This document shows, one piece after another, positions 1-6,219 of a stretch of 23,672 nucleotides of DNA. Position 1 is the stretch's first letter; every line of letters begins with the position of its first letter. The DNA is from a candidate division WOR-3 bacterium (GTDB lineage Bacteria; Hydrothermota; Tepidihabitantia; SM23-42; JAOAFX01), in assembly GCA_039802265.1 (NCBI GenBank), contig JBDRWI010000035.1, forward strand, positions 1 to 23,672, in the 5' to 3' direction. A program made the translations under genes and the position numbers. A model generated the notes under the pieces. That model saw nothing but the letters and a program-made list of their open reading frames with translations. It made no database searches and had not been told where the DNA came from.

Positions 1-26
1 GAGGGTGATTTTTCACCTTTTTCTTA

Positions 27-63
27 CCCCTCACCCTTACCCTCTCCCACAAGGGGAGATGGA
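27..63. repeat. REP-like palindromic intergenic repeat (CCCCTCACCCTnnCCCTCTCCC-n-GGGAGA type)
   Basis: CCCCTCACCCTTACCCTCTCCCACAAGGGGAGATGGA, containing a TCTCCC/GGGAGA stem. A related copy lies in opposite orientation at 20138-20175. Confidence 0.6.
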
Positions 64-344
64 TTTTTGGGAAAATTTACCTATTACGATTTTATAATAC
101 CGGCATCCCAACCCCAACCTGGCAATCACCTTTTTTGAAATCCCAAATTCCATTCCCCTCTTCACCCTTATTCTCCCTCTTTTACCCTTCTCCTTTTGCC
201 TTTTTGCCTTCTTTAAGCCTTATATTACCCACAATTGCCTTAACTTCCTTTATCGCCCTTTTTCCCTTTCCCATTGCCCTCAGTTGCCCTTTATTGCCTT
301 CTATATTATGTATTACGCAAAAATCTCCAAAAAGTTTCAGCTAA

Positions 345-492
345 TGCCGTTTCAAATTAAAAATGTTCGTTTCCTGTCGTAAGATAAAAACCAATGTAGG
401 GCAAGGCTTCAGCCTTGCAAGTAATAGCAGACCTAAAGGTCTGCCCTACATTTATTATTCAATAAATAAAACATGAACTATTTGAAACAGCA
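345..492. repeat. MITE/REP-like composite element with 13-bp imperfect terminal inverted repeats and an internal GTAG-type REP doublet
   Basis: TGCCGTTTCAAAT (345-357) and ATTTGAAACAGCA (480-492) are inverted with 1 mismatch. Internal AATGTAGGGCA...TGCCCTACATT (393-452) contains hairpins GCAAGGCT/AGCCTTGC and GCAGACCT/AGGTCTGC. Confidence 0.55.
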
Positions 493-493
493 C

Positions 494-1276
494 TTAATAA
501 TGTCCTAAAAGTCCTTTGTCTTTTGCAATTTTTTCACAATATTTAAAGATAAAAAAACCAATTGCCAGATAAAAAAATGCTACAAAAATTGTTAATAGCA
601 AATCGCTCAAAGGCATCTGAAGAATAGAGATTTTATTTATCATACTCTTGTTAATAAGTTTTGTGCCCAGGGTAAATGGTAATAATTTAAATCCTGGGTA
701 CTTATCAACCGGCAGGGCAATGAAACCAACAAAGATAAATTGCAAAATCTGGAAGAAAGACTGGATTTTTTTGAATATCAAACCAAGGCCACCAACAATA
801 AATCCAATTCCATAACCACAGGCAACAGTGCAGAGTAATAAGGGAATTAAGGTCAAGAGGTCAAGGTGTAAGTATCGGCCAGTAGTTACCATCATCAATA
901 AAAGGATGGGTATAACCCAGAAAAGACCCCAGAGGAAGTTGGCGACGATTGTGTATATTGCAACTGCACGATAGCCGAGTGGTGTCATATACAACTGTTC
1001 AAGGGTGCCTGACCTTGCCTCTTGAGTGATGCCCCAGGATAATATGCTGTAAGCACCGATTGCATAGGTCCAGACAAAGAAACCAACAATAAATGCCTCA
1101 AGGGTCTTTGCGCCGGAAGGTAGATTACTGCCCAAGACATTGTAGCCAAAGAAAAAGACCAGAAATACGAGATAGATCGTAATAATCCCGGAGATTGTAT
1201 TAAATGGATAACGCTTCAATTCAATCCAATCTTTGATAAAAATCATCTTAAACAAATTCCAGTGCCTACTTCTCAT
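494..1276 (-). CDS. ABC-2 type transporter permease
   Basis: 260 aa with about six hydrophobic segments and an EARSGTLEQLYMTP motif typical of ABC-2 permeases. Overlaps the end of the upstream ATPase. Confidence 0.9.
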   Translation of the reverse strand: MRSRHWNLFKMIFIKDWIELKRYPFNTISGIITIYLVFLVFFFGYNVLGSNLPSGAKTLEAFIVGFFVWTYAIGAYSILSWGITQEARSGTLEQLYMTPLGYRAVAIYTIVANFLWGLFWVIPILLLMMVTTGRYLHLDLLTLIPLLLCTVACGYGIGFIVGGLGLIFKKIQSFFQILQFIFVGFIALPVDKYPGFKLLPFTLGTKLINKSMINKISILQMPLSDLLLTIFVAFFYLAIGFFIFKYCEKIAKDKGLLGHY

Positions 1277-2237
1277 CTTTCACCAACCTGAGATAAATCT
1301 CTTCAAAATCAGGCTCAATATTCTGAATTCCGAGTAATTTGATGTTATTTTTCTTAAGAATTTCAAGGACCTCATAAATCTGCATTGGTTCATCGATGTC
1401 AATATCAATACAGGTCTTTGTTTCATTTGCGATAAATCTTGTCCCGAAGAATTTTTGAGATAGTTCCATTTTAATTTTCTCATCAATTGAATTTATCACC
1501 TCAAAGCGATAGGTATTTATCGCAAAGAATTTCTTTAACCTGCTCACCGACTCATCCGCAATAATCTTTCCCTTATTGATAATTATAACCCGCTCACAGG
1601 TATCCTCAACCAGTTTCATATTATGCGAACTCAAAAGGATTGTCTTGCCTTCTTTGGCAATTTTCGTCCTTAATAATTCCTTTACTTCATTGGTGGTTTC
1701 AACATCAAGACCGAGGGTTGGTTCATCAAGGAGTAGAATCTCAGTATTTTTTATTAAGGCACAGGAGATTGCCAGTTTCTGCTGCATACCCCTTGAGAGG
1801 AAACGCGCCTCAGTATCTACCTTCTCCTTTAGTCCAAAGGTTTCAACAAGTTCTTCAATCTGCGCCTTTACCTCTTTTCGACCGTATCCCATAAGCCCGG
1901 CGAAGAATTCAAGATTCTCCCTTACACTCATCCGCCAGTAAACATTGCGATTCCCCTCAAGGACTGCGGCAATCTTCTCAAAGGCAAAATTTGGCCTTTT
2001 GATAACATCAACACCATCAATAAGTACCATCCCTGAACTGGGGTTTATCAACCGGCACAGACACTTGATAGTTGTCGTCTTACCCGCCCCATTTGGACCC
2101 AAAAATCCAACTATCTCACCTCTTTTTAAAGTAAATGAAATCCCATCAACTGCCCGCACAGTCTGGGTTTTGTTCTTATAAATTTTTGTTAAATTTTCAC
2201 AATAAATTACTTTATTATTATTAAAATTATTAATCAT
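1266..2237 (-). CDS. ABC transporter ATP-binding protein (DrrA/CcmA-like); start probably ATG at 2237 rather than 2246
   Basis: Walker A GPNGAGKTT, signature LSRGMQQK, Walker B LLLDEPT, H-loop SSH. The ATG at 2246 overlaps the -10 box, so the in-frame ATG at 2237 is more likely. Confidence 0.92.
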   Translation of the reverse strand: MINNFNNNKVIYCENLTKIYKNKTQTVRAVDGISFTLKRGEIVGFLGPNGAGKTTTIKCLCRLINPSSGMVLIDGVDVIKRPNFAFEKIAAVLEGNRNVYWRMSVRENLEFFAGLMGYGRKEVKAQIEELVETFGLKEKVDTEARFLSRGMQQKLAISCALIKNTEILLLDEPTLGLDVETTNEVKELLRTKIAKEGKTILLSSHNMKLVEDTCERVIIINKGKIIADESVSRLKKFFAINTYRFEVINSIDEKIKMELSQKFFGTRFIANETKTCIDIDIDEPMQIYEVLEILKKNNIKLLGIQNIEPDFEEIYLRLVKDEK

Positions 2238-2244
2238 ATTGCTC

Positions 2245-2272
2245 ATTATATTAAAATTTTTTAATTTGTCAA
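2245..2272 (-). promoter_or_regulatory. sigma70-type promoter for the second ABC pair
   Basis: Perfect TTGACA-N16-TATAAT on the minus strand, 7 nt before ATG 2237. Confidence 0.75.
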
Positions 2273-2352
2273 TGAGTTGAGGATGGCAATTTTAAAAGAA
2301 TCAATTTTATATCTCCCTTTAATTTCGCACCCTCAATTAGCTTCGAGATGTG

Positions 2353-3111
2353 CTAATAAAAAGTAAGACTTTTTCTGCAAAACCAAAGAAAGAAAGTACC
2401 TTCAATGAAAAGGACAGAGAATAATATTAGTGTTTCTAAATTCAGAGTACCAAAGCAGATTAATCTAATCAACCATGCAGATTGGTGTACTGGTGAAAAT
2501 TTAATTATTGAGGCTAAAGCTTGCGGGAGGCGATTTTCAGGTATCATAACGGGTATTATGAAAGCCAAAAAGTATAAAAGAATTTGGCCAATGAGATTTG
2601 CTTCCAAGGGATTGCGTGCTTTTAGCCCTATAAATGCTCCTAATCCTGCGATAGAGTAAGAACATAAAAAACAAGCCGGTAATAGCAGTATTAATGCCAA
2701 GCTGATATTCAAAGGACACTTGAACAGCAACATTCCCAAGACAAAACTTATCATTGCAGACGGTAAAGCTGCGCAGAACTCAGCTAAGGTAAGAGCAAAT
2801 ACATAAGAACTTACTGAGATTGGCAAAAGAGTAAATAACTCCAATGTGCGTGTCTTTTTATGATTTGCTATCTCCTGCATTAATAGACTAATTGAGCCAA
2901 CGGAAAGCGCTAAGACTATATTCCCTGTGAGCAAATAAAAACTGCCTATTGGATCAAGATTGAACTGGGAGAGTTTGAAAAACAATAAAAAACTTAGTAG
3001 AAAGAGTGGCAACACAAAGAAACGGAGAATAAAACCACTTTTTATTTCTGCCCATCTTATCTGAAACAGTAGACCTATTTCTTCTATTTTATGAAGGAAA
3101 TAATTCATCAT
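2353..3111 (-). CDS. ABC-2 type transporter permease (RiPP cluster)
   Basis: 252 aa, hydrophobic, with an EIANHKKTRTLELFTLLP motif. ATGA overlap with the upstream ATPase. Confidence 0.85.
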   Translation of the reverse strand: MMNYFLHKIEEIGLLFQIRWAEIKSGFILRFFVLPLFLLSFLLFFKLSQFNLDPIGSFYLLTGNIVLALSVGSISLLMQEIANHKKTRTLELFTLLPISVSSYVFALTLAEFCAALPSAMISFVLGMLLFKCPLNISLALILLLPACFLCSYSIAGLGAFIGLKARNPLEANLIGQILLYFLAFIIPVMIPENRLPQALASIIKFSPVHQSAWLIRLICFGTLNLETLILFSVLFIEGTFFLWFCRKSLTFY

Positions 3112-4043
3112 TCAACAATTATTTTGTGATAGATATCTTCTAACGTAGGTGGATATATATACATATTTTCTATATCTTTTTTCTCGTAAAGTAGCTTCAG
3201 GAGAATATTCAATTGCTCTGATTCGGTAATCAATTTCACTTCGGAGCTGTTTATAAAATATACCGGAACCGAGCATACCTGTCGTATCTCATGTATTAGC
3301 TCCTGACGTGTTAGTACATCAAGCGGTATTCTATATCTCACATAGATGGTAAGCTCTTTCCCTAAATTGTTTATTATGGTTTCTGGCCTGTCATCTAAAA
3401 TTATTTTGCCTTTATTCATAAATAAAACGCGGTCAACCCTTTGTTGAATGTCTAGCAGATTATGTGTGACAAGGAATACACTTTTTCCACACTCTTTTAT
3501 CGAAAAAATATAATCCCACAGTATTTTTCGCATTCCAGGTGAAAGATCGTTTGTTGGTTCATCAAGGAAAAAATAATCTGCAGACCCCATTGTGGCGTAT
3601 CCAAAATTCAATATCCTTGCTTCACCCCCGGATAACGAACTTATCGGTCTTTCTTTTTTTCCGGATAAATTGAATTTGTATAAAAAATTCTCAACCGCCT
3701 GTTTAGATTCTTTATGATTCTTATGATTGAGCCTGGCGATTATATATAAAGCATTATACATAGGAAGATCTCCTAATATCCAAGGAACTTGTGGAACATA
3801 GGCAATCCTTGATTTTAATGTTTCTCTGTTTAGAATGAGATCTCTACCATCCAATAAAATATGTCCGCTAGTTGGTTTTAAAATGCCAACTATCTGTTTT
3901 ACCAAGGTCGTTTTCCCAGCGCCATTAGGACCAAGAAGCGCAATTATCTCGCCTTTCTTTATTTGCAAATTGATATTCTCATTTGCCAGTACCCTTTTAT
4001 CTCTTTGGCAATATATCTTTGTAATTCCTATGATTTCTATCAT
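3108..4043 (-). CDS. ABC transporter ATP-binding protein (RiPP cluster)
   Basis: Walker A GPNGAGKTT, signature LSGGE, Walker B FFLDEPT, H-loop VTH. ATGA overlap with the radical SAM gene. Confidence 0.92.
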   Translation of the reverse strand: MIEIIGITKIYCQRDKRVLANENINLQIKKGEIIALLGPNGAGKTTLVKQIVGILKPTSGHILLDGRDLILNRETLKSRIAYVPQVPWILGDLPMYNALYIIARLNHKNHKESKQAVENFLYKFNLSGKKERPISSLSGGEARILNFGYATMGSADYFFLDEPTNDLSPGMRKILWDYIFSIKECGKSVFLVTHNLLDIQQRVDRVLFMNKGKIILDDRPETIINNLGKELTIYVRYRIPLDVLTRQELIHEIRQVCSVPVYFINSSEVKLITESEQLNILLKLLYEKKDIENMYIYPPTLEDIYHKIIVE

Positions 4044-5482
4044 ATTGTTTTGTCAGACAAAACATTAATTGCGTATGCTATAAGTGTCTCTTTAATTACC
4101 TCTTTGCGCATGTCACAGGCATCAAACATGGAAGGTGAAATAAACTTTCTATTTAGGATATATTCACCTGCTGGACAGCCAGTGCAATAGAATTGTAGAT
4201 AACAATCAGCGCACTTTTTATATTGTGCTTTTTCACTAATCTTTCTGTACTTCCTTATAGATTTGCGAAGCGCATAATGAATTTTATCAAAGTCACTAAA
4301 TACATTTTCTATCTTAAACTTATTTAATCCAACGAGTAATTGACATGGATAAATATCTCCTTTTGTTGTTATTGTGAAATTTGATACCCCAAAGTCACAA
4401 AACAATTTGGATGGAGAAGTTGATAAAATTTGGTGCGTAAATATTTGCAACCGTCGAATAAATTTAATTCTTTCGTCAATGTATATGTTTTCTGATATTC
4501 TGTTGACGTCACGTATTCTCTCAAATTGTAATGAAGTTGCAATAGTCTGGGAAAGTGACAGTGAATCGTTTTTTGAAATAACGGGGACAACAATAACATT
4601 AGTAATTCCAAATCTCTTTTCGAAGTAATCTTGCAAATCGGAAGGCGAGATGCCTAAAGTGAGATGTTTTTTGGTATAGGTAACTTCCACAGATATTGGT
4701 TGACCATACGGTTTTAAAATATCTATATTACGAGAAATAATTTGGAAAGATGGTTCACCGTTCTTAAATGGGCGTTGGATATCATTAATACTTGCCGGCC
4801 CATCACAACTAACGATTATATTAAGTTTTTTTTCGCTGGCTAACAATTTTATTAACTCTTGGATTATACCGTTAGATACTGCAAGACTCGTAACTATAAC
4901 AAAATTGGGGTTCATTTTAATCTTACCAGTTAAAGCCAAATAATTTATTCTTTGAATGACATACTTAATGCACGATAAGTTAAGGAGTGGCTCACCCCCA
5001 AAAAACTGTATAGAGTAAATGGCAGGGGAAAATTTTGTAAAAACCGAAATGATTCTTTCCGCTGTTTTAATAGACATTGAAGATGAATCACCATAAGTTC
5101 CGTCCTTAGCGTAACAATATATGCATCGTAAAGTGCATCGCTGGCATATAAGTAGATTTAGACGTCGCAGATATCCGTTATTTAAACAAATATTTTTCCG
5201 ATCGTCTAAAAGAACTTCTAATTCACTCTTCACTTTATTTATTACAATCGCATTTTTTATGACAATTTTTTCTATATCTTCTGGGTCGTTACTGTTGAGC
5301 AATTCATCAAAAAAGTTTGTATGCAGTGTGTCCAATTTGAATATACTAAGTGAAGGGCTGTGCCAAAGAATACTCATAGTCTTATCTTTTGTAGTAAATA
5401 AATAAAGATCCCTTTTGATCTTGTTATAGTTTTTATATAATAGATCAATTATTGTTCTCATAATTATATTATCTAATTTCAA
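4040..5482 (-). CDS. Radical SAM/SPASM-domain peptide maturase; start uncertain (TTG 5482 or ATG 5461)
   Basis: CxxxCxxC (CTLRCIYC) and FFGGEPLL. SPASM cysteines C-x17-C (CDFG...GDIYPC) and C-x2-C-x5-C-x2-C-x19-C. About 100 aa N-terminal extension precedes the radical SAM core. Confidence 0.92.
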   Translation of the reverse strand: MKLDNIIMRTIIDLLYKNYNKIKRDLYLFTTKDKTMSILWHSPSLSIFKLDTLHTNFFDELLNSNDPEDIEKIVIKNAIVINKVKSELEVLLDDRKNICLNNGYLRRLNLLICQRCTLRCIYCYAKDGTYGDSSSMSIKTAERIISVFTKFSPAIYSIQFFGGEPLLNLSCIKYVIQRINYLALTGKIKMNPNFVIVTSLAVSNGIIQELIKLLASEKKLNIIVSCDGPASINDIQRPFKNGEPSFQIISRNIDILKPYGQPISVEVTYTKKHLTLGISPSDLQDYFEKRFGITNVIVVPVISKNDSLSLSQTIATSLQFERIRDVNRISENIYIDERIKFIRRLQIFTHQILSTSPSKLFCDFGVSNFTITTKGDIYPCQLLVGLNKFKIENVFSDFDKIHYALRKSIRKYRKISEKAQYKKCADCYLQFYCTGCPAGEYILNRKFISPSMFDACDMRKEVIKETLIAYAINVLSDKTI

Positions 5483-5556
5483 TCTAAAAACTTTTTATCT
5501 TCATAGAACTAAAGATAAACAACATCAAATTCACTTTATTAAACTAATTATATATA

Positions 5557-5593
5557 CAGTCCCCCCTCCATAAAACCTAGTGAGGAGGGACTG
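5557..5593 (-). terminator. GC-rich stem-loop between precursor and maturase (partial terminator or mRNA stabiliser)
   Basis: Minus strand CAGTCCCTCCTC-loop-GAGGGGGGACTG, a 12-bp stem with one G-U pair, followed by an AU-rich tail without a clean poly-U run. Confidence 0.65.
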
Positions 5594-5616
5594 CATTATC
5601 TTACGCGGTGAGAAGA

Positions 5617-5718
5617 TTACCACACTATGCCACTACATGAACCGCCACAAGCAATAACACCGCAGCCACCAGCACCGGCACCAACGGTCTGTTTTGAATC
5701 TCCATTTAGTCTGATCAT
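5617..5718 (-). CDS. Putative RiPP precursor peptide, 33 aa: MIRLNGDSKQTVGAGAGGCGVIACGGSCSGIVW
   Basis: Translated by hand: ATG at 5718, TAA at 5617-5619, strong SD AAAGGGGGTGA just upstream. Cys/Gly-rich C-terminal half. Lies between the sigma54 promoter and the rSAM/SPASM gene. Confidence 0.88.
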   Translation of the reverse strand: MIRLNGDSKQTVGAGAGGCGVIACGGSCSGIVW

Positions 5719-5809
5719 CTTATTCACCCCCTTTCATTCCACAATTTTGTGGAACGCTGTTTAACCCGTATCCAAACCTTAATCCAACAATCATCTGTTA
5801 AACATATAT

Positions 5810-5826
5810 AGCAATAAGCGTGCCAG
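5810..5826 (-). promoter_or_regulatory. sigma54 (RpoN) -24/-12 promoter
   Basis: Minus strand CTGGCACGCTTATTGCT matches TGGCACG-N4-TTGCW exactly. Predicted start near 5799, about 80 nt before the precursor ATG. Confidence 0.88.
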
Positions 5827-5864
5827 GTATAGACTGTTGAAATTTCAAGAGTTTTAATTTCTTT

Positions 5865-5983
5865 ACTGACATCCTATGTCAGTGGGTTATCCACATTTTA
5901 CTACAAATTTTTAAAAAACTCTTGAAATTTCAAAAATTTTCTTACTGACATAGAATGTCAGTTTTTTGACATAAAATGTCAGT
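5865..5983. promoter_or_regulatory. Three palindromic upstream activator-like boxes (TGACAT-N3-ATGTCA)
   Basis: ACTGACATcctATGTCAGT (5865-5883), ACTGACATagaATGTCAGT (5944-5962), TTTGACATaaaATGTCAGT (5965-5983), all upstream of the sigma54 promoter. Confidence 0.75.
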
Positions 5984-6112
5984 AAAATTAAAATTTGCCA
6001 TTTTTCACCGAAAAATCCAAAAACTTATGAAATTTCATCGCTTTCCACTCAAAATCTATGCATTTTTTGATGATTTTTGTAGTATTCTACATTTTTACGG
6101 GAATAAAGCATG

Positions 6113-6219
6113 CCCTGATGAAAATCAGGGGCCCCTACTCCAATATATAAACAAAAAGATACATCCAAGGGCTAAGGCCCTTGCAACCACAGATTCTTCG
6201 GCTCCGCCTCAGAATGACA
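6113..6219. repeat. Cluster of REP-like hairpin repeats at the 3' end of the activator gene
   Basis: CCCTGAT-GAAA-ATCAGGG (6113-6130), CAAGGGC-TAAG-GCCCTTG (6166-6183), and TGTCATTCTGAGGCGGAGCCGAAGAATCT on the minus strand (6191-6219). Confidence 0.5.

Noticed and set aside
135..344. 69-aa plus-strand ORF in a pyrimidine-rich tract with recurring TTGCC words
   Set aside because: Low-complexity F/P/S/L composition, TTG start, no SD and irregular repeat spacing. Not credible as a gene or an array.
5837..5983. Repeated palindromes as a possible mini-CRISPR
   Set aside because: Repeats are short and unevenly spaced, there are no cas genes, and they are better explained as activator sites.
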